Part shown: positions 11,275 through 22,887 of the stretch, in pieces
Position numbering within the stretch: the first letter of the stretch is position 1
Layout: each line of letters begins with the position of its first letter
Origin: Wickerhamiella versatilis
Taxonomy: Eukaryota
DNA length: 64,000 bases
Reading direction: 5' to 3'
NCBI GenBank assembly: GCA_030867685.1
Contig: JAQOWU010000003.1
Location: 1,302,001 to 1,366,000 of the forward strand
Program-made: the position numbers and the translations under genes
Notes under the pieces: model-generated
Databases searched by the model: none
The model's input: only the letters and a program-made list of their open reading frames with translations
Told to the model about the DNA's origin: nothing

Positions 11275-13356
11275 ATGAAGTTAGTAATACGCCGTCCCAG
11301 TGCTGGTGGTGGTAACACAGAGTCCACGATGAAGCCTGAGGAGGTCTCCAAAATAGCAGAGCCTATTTTGAAGGGTGTACGCGAGCTTCGAGACAAGACT
11401 GGGCAGGACGCCAGTTTTGTCTTTACGGTTCCGCCAGACAGGAAAGTGCCAAACTATTACCGGATTATCAAACGCCCTATGGCGTTAAATATAATCCAGG
11501 AGAGATTACGCACGCAGGCGTACCACTCTTTGCACGAGTTTTTTGTTGACATGGTCCAGATCGTTCATAACGCGCTCACATTCAATCCGCCGACCTCGTT
11601 CATTTGTGAGCACGCCAAGATCCTGGATACGTATATACGGTCTAAACTTGATGAGGTTCGCCAGCTTCACCCCGATATAAGTCCAAGGGACCTCTCATAT
11701 CCCGATCTCGGACCACTGCCTGACCTTTCACAGGGAAATTCAGACAGCTTCAGCAGCAGTGAGGATGCAGTGGGAGGTAAGCGACGACGACGTCCTATCC
11801 GCAAAGCAGTGCTTCTCGGCCGTAGAAAGAGAGAAGAGGAGGAAGAGCAGGAGAAGGAAGCCATTGATAGTCGAAAAAAGCGGGGCCGCCCCCCAACTGT
11901 CGACAAGCCACATGAGCATCGTATAAAGGCGATAATGCGGGCTGTCCGGCGTGAAAGAGACACAGCTGGTCGATTGCTATGCACTGAGTTTGAGCGGGTG
12001 CCAGATCCCCGTGATGTTCCAACTTACCGTGATGTTATTCCTAATCCTATTGCACTAGATGTGGTCAAGAAGCGAATCAAGCGGCGTCAATACGATACGG
12101 TGGAACAATTCGTTAGCGATATGAGCCGTATATTTGAAAATGCAAAGAAATTTATGAATGATGATAAAAGCGGGGTACATCTTGATGCGGTGCACCTGCA
12201 ACAGGTCCTTCTACGGGCAACCGAAGAGGAGCTACGCAAACCCGATTCTGCATACGCAGATCCGGAGTCCAATTCGAAAACATCGAGATTACCCCTGGAC
12301 CGTATTGATCACCGTGGAGAGACTTATCATGTGGGTGACTGGGTTCATCTGGTCAATCCTAATGATCCAGCAAAGCCCACTGTCGGCCAGATATTTCGCA
12401 TATGGCAAGAGAATGGACAGAATTGGGTGAACTGCTGCTGGTACTATCGCCCAGAGCAAACTGTTCATCAGCATGATAAGTTGTTTTACGAAAACGAAGT
12501 AGTCAAGTCAGGCCAGTACCGTGATCATCTCGTCGATGATATACTGGAAAAATGCTTTGTTATGTTTATCACGAAGTACCAGCGAGGCCGTCCAAAGGGT
12601 GTTGGGACCCGTTCCGTGTACTGCTGTGAGTCGAGATATAATGAGACGGAGAAGACTTTTAACAAGATCCGCACGTGGAAGGCATGCATACCAGACGAGA
12701 TACGGTCAACGGACTATCCGATGGACCTCTTTGATAGACCTAAGCACGTTCGACGGGTTGTTTCCCCGATCAAGCACCTGCTTGCTCCAGATGCTAAGAA
12801 CACCGACCCTGTGCCTGAACCTACGATGGGGGCTTCCAACGCTCCACCACTAATTGGTGCTGTCTATAAGCGACCATATGACCCTGCTAATCCGCCGGAA
12901 AAGCCCACGCCTATAACTCCTGGTCCAGAGTTGGTGGGTAGTGCGTCGCCTGCCGCAGTCCCGCAAAAGAGATCAGTACCCACATCATATGCCTCTAATG
13001 TCGTACCAATGGCTACCACGTCGCTTCCCACTGACTACGCCCATGCCGCAACTGCTATTGAGTCTGGAACATCGCAATCGCGAATTCCTACTGCTTATGT
13101 CCTACCGGAGCAATACACAGAAAAAATTCCAGAAGATAATTCTGGTAACCTTAAGCGGCTCAAGGATGGGCAATTGGTGTGGTTCCCTTCCTGCCCTGTG
13201 TGGATTCCACAGCGCATCCTATGCGAGCCACTTGACCCGAGTGTTCGCTTCGACGTAGAGGGCGAGAGCAAAACTGGGCCGCGGCATCCGAAAGGAATCG
13301 GGCACTCTTCAAAATATCTTGCCTGGAAACTGGCGAAAACCAACCAGTCATCTTGA
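11275..13356 (+). CDS. RSC1: RSC chromatin-remodelling subunit Rsc1/Rsc2 (two bromodomains, AT-hook, BAH)
   Basis: YYRIIKRPMAL bromodomain, KKRGRPP AT-hook, BAH GDWVHLVNPNDPAKPTVGQIFR...WYYRPEQTVH, C-terminal GHSSKYL. Confidence 0.9.
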   Translation: MKLVIRRPSAGGGNTESTMKPEEVSKIAEPILKGVRELRDKTGQDASFVFTVPPDRKVPNYYRIIKRPMALNIIQERLRTQAYHSLHEFFVDMVQIVHNALTFNPPTSFICEHAKILDTYIRSKLDEVRQLHPDISPRDLSYPDLGPLPDLSQGNSDSFSSSEDAVGGKRRRRPIRKAVLLGRRKREEEEEQEKEAIDSRKKRGRPPTVDKPHEHRIKAIMRAVRRERDTAGRLLCTEFERVPDPRDVPTYRDVIPNPIALDVVKKRIKRRQYDTVEQFVSDMSRIFENAKKFMNDDKSGVHLDAVHLQQVLLRATEEELRKPDSAYADPESNSKTSRLPLDRIDHRGETYHVGDWVHLVNPNDPAKPTVGQIFRIWQENGQNWVNCCWYYRPEQTVHQHDKLFYENEVVKSGQYRDHLVDDILEKCFVMFITKYQRGRPKGVGTRSVYCCESRYNETEKTFNKIRTWKACIPDEIRSTDYPMDLFDRPKHVRRVVSPIKHLLAPDAKNTDPVPEPTMGASNAPPLIGAVYKRPYDPANPPEKPTPITPGPELVGSASPAAVPQKRSVPTSYASNVVPMATTSLPTDYAHAATAIESGTSQSRIPTAYVLPEQYTEKIPEDNSGNLKRLKDGQLVWFPSCPVWIPQRILCEPLDPSVRFDVEGESKTGPRHPKGIGHSSKYLAWKLAKTNQSS

Positions 13357-13523
13357 TTGGCAGTGGTGCCGCAGCCTGTCTGTCTGCCTGCATGCGCGAG
13401 AACGACGACATAGACATAATTTGCGATATATACACCTTGCGATACAAAAACAAAAACTTGCAATGATTTTATAAAAAGGCTTAATGGTATTTAGAAAATC
13501 TAAAGGAAAGTAAGAGGACAAAA

Positions 13524-14654
13524 TTATGAACCATCGCCGTACACACCCCACGATTGCTCGCAGTTCAAGTACCCTGGCTGCTTCCAGTAATCGTTGTATG
13601 CAGTGAAGAGATAAAGATCGTTACCAATGGAGTCCTTGAGGGACTGGATGGCGTCCTTCTGGTTAGAGCTAGAGGCAACAGCCTTGCCATTGGTATCACC
13701 AGAAGATGGCCAGCCAGACTCGACAATGGTAACCTTCTTGTTATTACCGCATGCGGAAGAAACACGCTGGAGCTGCTCAAGGGCCCACTTACCGCTATCT
13801 TGAGCAGAGACACCACCGTCGAAGAACGCATGTGCGTTGACAGCCATGTAGTCAGAGTACTTGCAAAGATCAGGGTTATTGATGGTGGCGATGAAGGTAT
13901 CTACTGAAACAACGGGGCCACTGTAGCCCAGAGATTGAAGCTTAGAGCGGGCCTGCTTAATGTAGTTGCCGACCTCACTTGGGTTCGCCTGGCCACCGTT
14001 AACGAGCTCGTTACCAATTGAGACGGTGTCGACAACACTCCAGTCACCGTTGATGCCATCGTGCATGGTCTTAACCTCGTTTTCGATGTCGCCAGTGTCG
14101 TAGGCACCAAGGAAGAGCTTCTGACCATCACCCAAAGCACTGTAGACATTAGAGACCTGGTTACAGTCAGTGCCATAAAGACGGATAACACTGTATCCGG
14201 AGAGCTTGGAGAGGTCGTCCTTGACCTGGCTGGAGCTCTTGCAGCCACCAGGAGTGTAGGGAGAGTAGGTGATACCCTTGGCGCCAGAGGAGCCCGCGCC
14301 CGAGTCAGAGGACGAGGAAGAAGTCTCAGCAGGTGCAGAAGAGGAAGAGGTAGAGGAGGGGGCCTCGAAGGAAGAGGTCTCCTTGGTGGGGGTCACCGCT
14401 GGAGAAGCTTCAGAGGTGGTCTCTGGCTCAGGGGCAGAGGAACTGGTCTCCACCGGCGCGGCAGCGGAAGACGTCTCAACTGGCGCCACAGAAGTGGTGG
14501 CGGCAGCCCCAGTCTCGACAGGAGAACCATCAGCATTGACATAGGCGGTTGCAAGCTGGGTAACGATCTTGTCGCGCTTGTGATAGTGATGGTGCTGAAC
14601 TGGTTGGGCCAAAGCTTGGCCAGCAAGGAGAGAAAAAGCAAGGAAAGACAACAT
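13524..14654 (-). CDS. SCW4: GH17 cell-wall glucanase/mannoprotein (Scw4/Scw10/Mp65)
   Basis: Signal peptide, HHHYHKR Kex2 site, Ser/Thr-rich linker, GITYSPY, IRLYGTDC, SIGNELVN, ESGWPS. Confidence 0.88.
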   Translation of the reverse strand: MLSFLAFSLLAGQALAQPVQHHHYHKRDKIVTQLATAYVNADGSPVETGAAATTSVAPVETSSAAAPVETSSSAPEPETTSEASPAVTPTKETSSFEAPSSTSSSSAPAETSSSSSDSGAGSSGAKGITYSPYTPGGCKSSSQVKDDLSKLSGYSVIRLYGTDCNQVSNVYSALGDGQKLFLGAYDTGDIENEVKTMHDGINGDWSVVDTVSIGNELVNGGQANPSEVGNYIKQARSKLQSLGYSGPVVSVDTFIATINNPDLCKYSDYMAVNAHAFFDGGVSAQDSGKWALEQLQRVSSACGNNKKVTIVESGWPSSGDTNGKAVASSSNQKDAIQSLKDSIGNDLYLFTAYNDYWKQPGYLNCEQSWGVYGDGS

Positions 14655-15783
14655 ATTCAATGGAAGACTCTGTGTTTAAGGAAAGAATAAGCCTTCGGCT
14701 AATGACAGTTGTGTGTTGTGGTGGGAAAACGCTGACTAGATTATAGATCTCCTGAATTCCCCCCTGAGTAATCGGATTTGCATGAAACCATAAACAAAGG
14801 GCAGGGGCCTGTGCTCCTTGAACCGGGAACGCGTCTGAAGATCTCTTCTTCAGGTGTATTCTCGCGGCCTCGTCATTTTTAGTGTGGTATATTGCTTTAT
14901 TTTAACATCCATCGTCTCTAGTTGCCTATTACGCGATCGCATGAATCGGCACTGTTTTACAAACTTATGCATAACCCTAATATCCAATAGGAATAATAAA
15001 GCCTGACATGTGAATACCCACAACAATAACTCCCAATGATATGCTGACGTTTGGAATACGGCAATGGGAAAAATAATCAACAATACACGGTCATCTCCAG
15101 GAGATGATTGTCGGTACTTTTAAGCACCATAGCTGAAATATGATCTCGCGTTTTGTGCATATCAATTATAAGTGATTAGTGTAAACACATGTTCGGCACT
15201 CAAAAGATTTTAAGTGACCGCTCAAGCGCCTAAATAAAATAATAAACGTTATTTTCTGGAGGCAGAATTAAATATATGACCTTGTCTGGACTTGCATACC
15301 GTGGCATCGCGCCCACAGCTCAGGCCTCAGACCACCCCTGTATGATAAATAAAATTGGCTTTTACGTAAATATCGAGGCGCAGTGAAAAAATATTGTGGA
15401 AGTTGGCCTCAGGAACAAAGCTAAAGTTTTTTTTATGGCACTCGGGCTTTATGACAAGGCTTTTGGGCCCCGGGAATCTCGCAGATCCTGAACATACCAA
15501 CCGAACATACCGACCCCTTCAGATACGAACTACGTAATTTATAAGCCCTATATGCAAAATGTCTAATTAATATAGATCGAAGCCATAAATTTCACAAAGA
15601 AAGACTGGACTGGCCAAGAAAGCCAGAGAAGACTCCAGATTAGATTAGAAGATAATCAGATACGTCGTAAACTGTGCCAATCGCACATGGATTCTTTGAG
15701 TCCTTACCTGAGGTGTCCGTGTGTGTGTATATGCATTGTACTGTGCTGGGCTGTGCTGTACAGCCCCTTTTACGGTCTTAGCT

Positions 15784-16455
15784 TCATTTGAACCAACGGA
15801 CAATGAGCCAGAATAGAACTAGCAGTACGGTAATTCCTCCATAGAAAAACCATTTGTCCTCCTTGGCCCGCCTTTCAACCTTCCGGACTGATTCGCGTGA
15901 AATGCCCAATGTCGATGCAACCTTCACCATGGCCTGCTGAGTTTTCCTTAGCATGTCATTTTGGCTAGTTATATCACCAAGAGCCGCTCGACCACTCTCG
16001 ATGAATTCGTCGAGCTGCTGTGAGGCATGCGACAAGATGTCGCCCTCGTGGGCCAGCCCTTCTGAGCGACTTATGGATCCCGGTGCCGCATAGGGATTCT
16101 CGCTGGCAGCAGGTTCCTGAGGGTATTGGGTTCTTCGCGCAAACAGTTCCTGTCTGTTTTGGGCGAGCATTGATTCTTCACGTCTGGCTCGCAAAGTCTT
16201 GAGCTCGTCACGCGCCGAGGCAAGCTCGTCTCGAAACTTCGCTACCCGCTCCAATGCCTGCGTCTTTTTTTCCGGCACAAGTTCATTTTGAGCCGATGTC
16301 GCGTAGGTGTCAATGGCCCGATTAAAACTGGTTAGACGGGCAGACAACTGGCCGGGAACATTTGCTGGTGCATCCTCAGGAGCGGCAGAGAAGGCTTCGA
16401 GGTCACGTTTGACTAGTTGGGACTGCTTAACTGCCGCGTTAAACAACGAAGCCAT
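15784..16455 (-). CDS. BOS1: ER-Golgi Qb-SNARE (membrin/Bos1)
   Basis: Helical N-terminus, ENPY, SNARE coil LDEFIESGR...LGIS, RRAKEDKWFFYGG followed by C-terminal TM. Confidence 0.82.
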   Translation of the reverse strand: MASLFNAAVKQSQLVKRDLEAFSAAPEDAPANVPGQLSARLTSFNRAIDTYATSAQNELVPEKKTQALERVAKFRDELASARDELKTLRARREESMLAQNRQELFARRTQYPQEPAASENPYAAPGSISRSEGLAHEGDILSHASQQLDEFIESGRAALGDITSQNDMLRKTQQAMVKVASTLGISRESVRKVERRAKEDKWFFYGGITVLLVLFWLIVRWFK

Positions 16456-16692
16456 ATATCAAGAAGGCTTACAAATGCGATGTGTGGATAGATAGATAGA
16501 GATAGACTACACTTCTTCTCCCTATGTGCCATGAATTGTGCTTTTTGCTATATCAGTTAATTATTATCAGTCTATATTAATGACTGTTTATTTTGCTTTT
16601 TAAAAAATTAAAGGTGAGGCGAGCTCTCATAAAGCCACGATTTGCTGCCACCTCTCCTCGTCTATACCATCAGTCTATGTACATGGATGCCA

Positions 16693-17874
16693 TCAGGCGC
16701 AGGTGTATATCGCACTCACCCCATCGCCAGCAACGTATTTATTGCCATATATGCCACGAAGATTAGTATCTCTCAAAGGCACAGGCTTCAGAATCTTAGC
16801 AAGCTTGCCCGTGCCAAGCTGACCACATTCACTACTACCCCAGATATACCAATCACCGTTGCTTAAACGGCCAAAAGTATGAGTGGCACCGGCACTCAAT
16901 GCTGCTAATTTTATGGGCACTATTTTCCCGATCGATTCATCGAACTCGCGCAGGCCACTGAAAGCTGGGATCCGTAATGGGGTAGTTTGGCAATGGGCCA
17001 AGGATCCTGTCCCAAATTGGCCATGCATACCATTGCCAGCAGCAAACACCTCCCCATCATCGCGGCGAAAATACGAAGTCTCGCCCCCTGCCGCTACATA
17101 GTCGATGTTGGTGAGAGGAGGGCGTCCAAGCCGGGTAGGCACGCTGACCTGAAGATTGCGGTAACTGAACGGGAGTACTAGCTGGCCATTCTTGTTACTA
17201 CCACAGCCCCACACCTCGCCATCTCGCATTAAGAAAATAGTGTGGCTTGATCCACAGGCAACTTGTGCCACAGGCTTGTCCAGCAGTCCCACCTGGAACA
17301 GTTTCCTGGCTGGTGGGGGCACATCAAAGGCCGAAAAAGACGCTAGGCCTATTTCTCCATCATGCTTGGTGACCGGTGTTAGCAGCGATGTGAATACGTT
17401 TCCCTTGTTGCTCAGGGCCGCAAAATGGTGCTCACCCACGCTGAAATCAGTAATTTTTTCAAACCACCCTAAAGAAGAAGAAGACTGTATTCTCTCTGGA
17501 CGCTCATTCGTGGACCAGGCCCAGAGTTGTCCGTTTTTCTTCAAAGCGACCGATGTATTTCCTGTCACAGCCACGCTCTTCACCCCCTTCAGGACCACCT
17601 TGGGTCCATTGTGCGCGGTATATTCCACTAGGTCCCCATTTTTCATTACAGCTAGAACTACTTCCGACGAAAGGGCAACATCCCGTAAAATCTTTCCGTC
17701 AAACCAGGGTATGCGTTGTGGTGTACGAACTGTGGCTGCTGCTTCCGGGGAAAAGAGTTTCTGCCGATTGTCACCCCATATCCATAGACCAGTTTGCTGC
17801 TCTTGTGCAAATACCTTTGTGAAAAGTGTGGCGCCTACCAAAGCAACCGACGGGGCCCCGAGCCTCCTCCACAT
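16693..17874 (-). CDS. FMP25: Mitochondrial RCC1-repeat protein (Fmp25/Bca1-like)
   Basis: RCC1 repeats (VACGSSHT, GSNKNGQL, GNGMHGQFGTG, WGSSECGQLGTG); presequence-like N-terminus. Confidence 0.7.
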   Translation of the reverse strand: MWRRLGAPSVALVGATLFTKVFAQEQQTGLWIWGDNRQKLFSPEAAATVRTPQRIPWFDGKILRDVALSSEVVLAVMKNGDLVEYTAHNGPKVVLKGVKSVAVTGNTSVALKKNGQLWAWSTNERPERIQSSSSLGWFEKITDFSVGEHHFAALSNKGNVFTSLLTPVTKHDGEIGLASFSAFDVPPPARKLFQVGLLDKPVAQVACGSSHTIFLMRDGEVWGCGSNKNGQLVLPFSYRNLQVSVPTRLGRPPLTNIDYVAAGGETSYFRRDDGEVFAAGNGMHGQFGTGSLAHCQTTPLRIPAFSGLREFDESIGKIVPIKLAALSAGATHTFGRLSNGDWYIWGSSECGQLGTGKLAKILKPVPLRDTNLRGIYGNKYVAGDGVSAIYTCA

Positions 17875-17904
17875 TTCGAAGCTGCTTTGTCTAGTTTTTG
17901 ACTA

Positions 17905-18528
17905 ATGTGGTGGCCGAAGCTGGCCTCAGGGCAAATGTTAGTGGGTGGCAGCAAACGGCTTTTTTCGAGCAGTCCACGGCTATTCCAGAACCACCATTTC
18001 GATACACGTAAGTTTGCGGTTCAGCTGGAACGCGAGGGCTTCACGCCAGCCCAGGCCGAGGCTGTACTGAAATCCTTGAGCACAGTGCTCAACGACACAA
18101 TTTCAGCTGTACGGCAAAATAACATATCCAAGTCTGATTTTAGCAAGCGTGTTTACCAGCAGAAAGTCGACTTCAGCAAACTGAAGTCAGAGTTACAAAC
18201 TCTTGACCGGGGAGATTTTGACCGCATTACGGACGATCATGAGCGATTGATCACCGACGTGGAGAAAACAAGGCAGCAATTTAAAGAGGTGGTGGCCAAG
18301 GCCAGAGCGAATGTGAGACTGGATCTTAACCTCGAGAAGGGTCGCATGCGTGAACAAAGTGCGGCCCATGATCTCAAGATCCAAGAACTAAATGCGCGAA
18401 TCGACCAGGAACTGTCAAATTTCAAGGCTCAGATTGAGGGCACAAAGGTCCAGGTAGCACAATGGCTTATTGGTGTATGTACTGGTACTTTTGCCTTGGT
18501 CTTGGCATACATTCGTCTGTTGTCATAG
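17905..18528 (+). CDS. Mitochondrial CCDC90/MCUR1-family coiled-coil protein (Fmp32/Put6-Put7-like, DUF1640)
   Basis: HHFDTRKFAVQLEREGFTPAQAE, VRLDLNLEKGR, C-terminal TM ending LAYIRL. Confidence 0.85.
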   Translation: MWWPKLASGQMLVGGSKRLFSSSPRLFQNHHFDTRKFAVQLEREGFTPAQAEAVLKSLSTVLNDTISAVRQNNISKSDFSKRVYQQKVDFSKLKSELQTLDRGDFDRITDDHERLITDVEKTRQQFKEVVAKARANVRLDLNLEKGRMREQSAAHDLKIQELNARIDQELSNFKAQIEGTKVQVAQWLIGVCTGTFALVLAYIRLLS

Positions 18529-18838
18529 TAATACCATTGACAACTCTGCCTATGACCGCTGCTGCAGAAGTTTACTATTTATTAAATAAAGTATACTTGT
18601 TTAAAGCCATTATGTTTCCAGTATTGTATTGTTTTATTTAAATTAGCCACTCTAACTCAACCTTCCCTATAGACACCAATTCTTGGAAGGATGAAGTACC
18701 CATACAATGTTAAATTACCACACACAACATTAACATGGCAAAACACCAAACTAATGAATAATAGAGAATTTAAAGGTCCAAACTAATTTAAAGTAATGAT
18801 AACTATGAGAAGGGGAGATTTTTTTTTGAATCTAAAGC

Positions 18839-19594
18839 TTAAAGCTTGAAAATGTCTTTGAGTATGGCGACGGTGTCACTTGGGGTTGAAACCGAGTGAC
18901 CGGTGGTAAGTGGGTCTGAGTAAATCTCATAGTCATTACCACCCTTGAAGGTCTTGTCACCGAAAAAGTGCACAGTCTTAAATCCCTCCTTCTCAACATG
19001 CCTCAGGCAGTAGGTCTTATCCCAGCCTGTGGGGAACACGTCAAAAGAGATCTGACCACCAATTGAATAGGTCAAATCGACCTCAGGGAACTCTTTTTTA
19101 AGAGCCTCAACCATCTTGGCCCGGACATTAGTCTCCTTGTCGAATTTTTCAAACTCATCCCGCTCATCCTGGGACGCGTTACGGCCAACCGGGCTGATAT
19201 TAACAAGTCCCTTACGGAATTCAACGAAAGTTCCACGGCGTCGGGGAATATCGATGTCAGCCAGGTAGCGGAGAACAAATTTCACAAACTTATTGTACCT
19301 TTCCTCGCCAAACCAGGTGATGAAGTTTTCAGTCTCGATCTCCTTACCGAGTTTGTAGGCAGTAAGGCCATTCTCGCTGAAGCAGTAGTCAAAGTCTTCC
19401 AATACACTGTTGCCCAGCTGCTCAACCTGTTTGACCAGGTCACTGCCCCCGACGAAACCAATTACGGCCTTCTTACGTAGGGCCTTCAAGGTATCACGTA
19501 CCTCAGGAGTTATGGTCCTCCTAGCAGGTGTCAAAGTCCCATCAACGTCAAATAAAACGAGGGTGTCAGGAAACTCACGGTCAGAGAATGACAT
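18839..19594 (-). CDS. SEC53: Phosphomannomutase
   Basis: [44 protein letters not shown]. Confidence 0.97.
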   Translation of the reverse strand: MSFSDREFPDTLVLFDVDGTLTPARRTITPEVRDTLKALRKKAVIGFVGGSDLVKQVEQLGNSVLEDFDYCFSENGLTAYKLGKEIETENFITWFGEERYNKFVKFVLRYLADIDIPRRRGTFVEFRKGLVNISPVGRNASQDERDEFEKFDKETNVRAKMVEALKKEFPEVDLTYSIGGQISFDVFPTGWDKTYCLRHVEKEGFKTVHFFGDKTFKGGNDYEIYSDPLTTGHSVSTPSDTVAILKDIFKL

Positions 19595-19871
19595 TTTTGG
19601 AAATCAATACGTGGAGACGCGCTTTAGTAAGAAACACCCTTTATAGCGAACAGACTGCTTACAGATGTGTGCTAATTTAGGACTGCCCCTTCTAAATTCA
19701 ATTTGAGAAATGTGGTCTGGGCAATTAACTCTCTAAGTATTGAATAAAATAAAATTCGAAGTACTTTTTTTACCTAACGAACGCCGCCAATACAATACTT
19801 CAAGCTACGATTGACCCATGGGAGCATGGCCAAAAGCTATATTATAGGCGACATAGAACATAGTCTAAATT

Positions 19872-21032
19872 TTAACGGTCTTTTCGGGCCTTCAAAGCGC
19901 GGTCAACCTCGTATACACCACGATCAACAAGTGCACTTGTCGTAATAACTGCGCCAATAATTGCGAAGATGTTCATGAGGAGCTGACCAAATGTCTGGCC
20001 ACGTTTTTCGGAATTTACAACCTTCATCGGGGAGATGTCATATGCAATCCACATTCCAGGGATACCACCTACCGAGTGATGGGTGTGGGGGTGGTCTTCA
20101 TCGCGGCCACCTTGAAGACTACGTTCATGGTGGGTTACCGCGTATTGATTCGTTTTGAGCACCTTCCCATCACGATATACAAATTCAGTACCAACGACCT
20201 TGGTAAAGTAGCGGAAAACAAACTGTTTTTGCTCAGTTGTTGCCTCATATCCCTGCAATGGGTCCTCGAGCTGCGACGATCCTCCCATTCCGAACGAGAA
20301 TCTGTTTATTGTATGAGAGAAGGTATAGGGCATTTCTGGGAGGTTGTAGGCAGAGAGGTCATGTGAATGCTGACCCTGGGCGCTGAAATATGACTCCCCT
20401 GGTGCGAAATGCAACTTGCCCAGAACCTTCGAGACACCTACGTGGCCGGACACTCGACAACCATTATCCTTATTTTGAGCCAAATGCTCTGGATAGTGCT
20501 CCTGAACGCATTGCTCGAATCCGTGACCGTCGTGAAACTGCCAATTCTGGGCTGCATAGGCTCGACGCACATCGTCACAGGTGCGGCAGACCGCATTTTG
20601 TCCTCCTGCACCATAGCATGGTCCCGCATAATCCTCACCCCTAGCAGCGATCGCAGCCTGCTTTTCAGCTTGTTGCTGTTCACGCACCGAAGGATCGAGA
20701 GGCCGCCCGTCAGCACCCAAATCTTGTTTGGTGAGGTGAATGTCAAGGTGGTCCTGGACGTCGCCCGCGTCGTCCATCTGGTCTAAAGATATCAGCTCAC
20801 ATGGAAGATCCCAGAACGATATATCTATTACCACATCCATTAGCTCGCCTCGAGAAGAGTCAATGATTAGCTTCGAATCCCAGCCAACCGATAAGTATTG
20901 CTTGACCTCGAGGATAAGCAGCCAAACTATAATCACGGCAGCAGCAATGCTCAACAAGCCACCGCTGGCTGTTCGCACACGGTCTCCGTCAGCCGTCTTT
21001 TTAGCGAACGCATCCAACGGTTGAAGCCTCAT
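19872..21032 (-). CDS. ERV46: ER-Golgi vesicle protein Erv46
   Basis: LDAFAK...RTASGG, GPCYGA...CRTCDDVRRAYA, HFAPG, TNQYAVT, YDISPMKV; two TMs. Confidence 0.9.
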   Translation of the reverse strand: MRLQPLDAFAKKTADGDRVRTASGGLLSIAAAVIIVWLLILEVKQYLSVGWDSKLIIDSSRGELMDVVIDISFWDLPCELISLDQMDDAGDVQDHLDIHLTKQDLGADGRPLDPSVREQQQAEKQAAIAARGEDYAGPCYGAGGQNAVCRTCDDVRRAYAAQNWQFHDGHGFEQCVQEHYPEHLAQNKDNGCRVSGHVGVSKVLGKLHFAPGESYFSAQGQHSHDLSAYNLPEMPYTFSHTINRFSFGMGGSSQLEDPLQGYEATTEQKQFVFRYFTKVVGTEFVYRDGKVLKTNQYAVTHHERSLQGGRDEDHPHTHHSVGGIPGMWIAYDISPMKVVNSEKRGQTFGQLLMNIFAIIGAVITTSALVDRGVYEVDRALKARKDR

Positions 21033-21386
21033 GCCGCGTGGTCCCTTAGTAACTCAGCTCAGCGGCTGGACCCCTGATAAAACCAACTGGGTCAAAGCTT
21101 ATTTGGGATGCGCAAGAAACTGCATGTAGCCATAGCCATAAATCTGTTTAGACGAAATACACAGAAAAAATTACATGTGCTGGTCCAATCTTGAATCTGC
21201 CGGCCAAACCTCGAAAATCGCAATTACTTCGCTAATTTCACAGCAGACGTCACAATCTGGGGGCTGGAAGCATTTCGCAGTTGCCAACATTCATATACGT
21301 GAGCAACAGGCCTTCGCCTTCATAGTGTGTGCTTGACCATCACTACTGTAACTAGTCCTAGTACCATCTACTTTTTATTTTATCCC

Positions 21387-22262
21387 CTATTTAGTCTCAT
21401 CCTGAGGCTTCTCTGGGGAAGCTGAGTCGTTGGCAGACTCGCTGGTGGGTTCCAAGGGAACGCGGCTGGTCGCAGGCCGAACCTCGATCTTAGAACCATT
21501 CAGCTCTTTGCCCGACAGCTCATCAATGGCCTTTTGCGTGGATTCTTTTCCAACCCAGACAAAAGCAAAGACTTTTGGCGGTATAACAACCTTTTCTCCC
21601 GCGCGACGGGTGACCCGCCTCGGACGGACAACCACTCTCGCCTTATGGTTAGCGAATCCAGCATTCGAGAACAACTCGTCGACTTGGGCAGCCTTCGTTT
21701 TTGGAACCAGGTCTACATAGACGTAGCCATCAGCAGGCACGAGCTTGGACTCAGAGGGACGAAGGCGGCGCTTTGCAGGGCGCGGCTTCTGAGCGGGCTT
21801 CCCCTCCTTTGCTGCGTCGGCACCCTTGGACGGCTCTGCCGGCTCCTCTGCGGTGGGCTTTTCGGCAGCAGCCTTTTCTTGCTCCTGACCTTTTCCTTGT
21901 TCCTGTTCTTGCTTCTTTCCCTGCTCCTGTTCCTTCTTCTGCTTCTGCTTCTGCCTCTGCCTCTGTCTTCTCTCCTTTGGCGTCTGCTTCGGCTTCGGTG
22001 TACGCTTCTGCGTGGGCTGCGGCTCCGCCCGGGAAATCACGAGCTTATCATCACCCTTGTGTGACTCCTCCAGCTGCTCTATAGCCTTCTTCATCTCGTC
22101 CTCGTTGCTGAACGACACGAACGCGTAACGGGCACTGCGCCGACGCCAACGCGACGGGATATGAACATCTATTTGGATTTCCTCCGCAATCGCACTGCGC
22201 AGCGTATCCTTAGTAGTCTCAGAGGGCAGGTTTCCTATGAACAGGCGATACTCCTCTGACAT
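21387..22262 (-). CDS. RNA-binding protein with two RRM-like domains and a K/Q/E-rich linker
   Basis: RLFIGNLP (RNP2) and RYAFVSF (RNP1); second degenerate RRM (FAFVWV...ELNGSKIEVRPA). First ATG at 22262. Confidence 0.7.
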   Translation of the reverse strand: MSEEYRLFIGNLPSETTKDTLRSAIAEEIQIDVHIPSRWRRRSARYAFVSFSNEDEMKKAIEQLEESHKGDDKLVISRAEPQPTQKRTPKPKQTPKERRQRQRQKQKQKKEQEQGKKQEQEQGKGQEQEKAAAEKPTAEEPAEPSKGADAAKEGKPAQKPRPAKRRLRPSESKLVPADGYVYVDLVPKTKAAQVDELFSNAGFANHKARVVVRPRRVTRRAGEKVVIPPKVFAFVWVGKESTQKAIDELSGKELNGSKIEVRPATSRVPLEPTSESANDSASPEKPQDETK

Positions 22263-22400
22263 GTTGTCAACGGATATGTAACGCACCGTGGCCAATTAGT
22301 ATTGCATAAGCGACTAGGTACTGAAAGCTTTCAAAAAGGTGTATATGCAGATTGAAAAGCGATTAGCTACTTAACTAGCATTCGTTTTGTGTAAGCTCTT

Positions 22401-22595
22401 TTATTGAGATGGCTCTTCGGCACGCTTCTTGGCAAGAGCCTTGGCGGTACCGAGCAGGGCCCACCTGTGGTTACGGCGGAACTTAGCATCAACACCTTTC
22501 ATAGACGGATAGCGATGGGTCTGGGGACGCTTGATTCCGTTTCTGTGGTTCTTCTTGCCCTGGTTGTGGTTGGTGTGATTCTTGGACTTCGCCAT
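22401..22595 (-). CDS. RPL29: 60S ribosomal protein L29 (eL29)
   Basis: [12 protein letters not shown]...HRNGIK...GVDAKFRRN. Confidence 0.97.
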   Translation of the reverse strand: MAKSKNHTNHNQGKKNHRNGIKRPQTHRYPSMKGVDAKFRRNHRWALLGTAKALAKKRAEEPSQ

Positions 22596-22887
22596 TTCGT
22601 CGTCAACTCAAGATCGCAACGCGGATGAGCCGCTGAGTCTCCTAGGCTGGAGCGGTTTCAGAAGCCCTAATATTACCTAATACACATGATTAGTTATCCC
22701 ACGTTTCTCGGCCAACCCACGGTTGGCATGGCAGTACAGTATGGACTAGAATCTGAATTGCTCTAAGTAAAAGTTTAGTCGCCACAAATTTAGATCCACT
22801 AAGAGAAGGATAAAACAGACAGTCTTACACTTTAGGGGAAAGGCATTGGATTAGCCGATCCTCTATTACTTTTTAATTGCTCTATTT

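Noticed and set aside
14655-15783. 1.1-kb ORF-poor gap upstream of SCW4 as a possible ncRNA locus
   Set aside because: No tRNA, snRNA or snoRNA signatures or extended nested pairing noticed; long promoters are normal for cell-wall genes.
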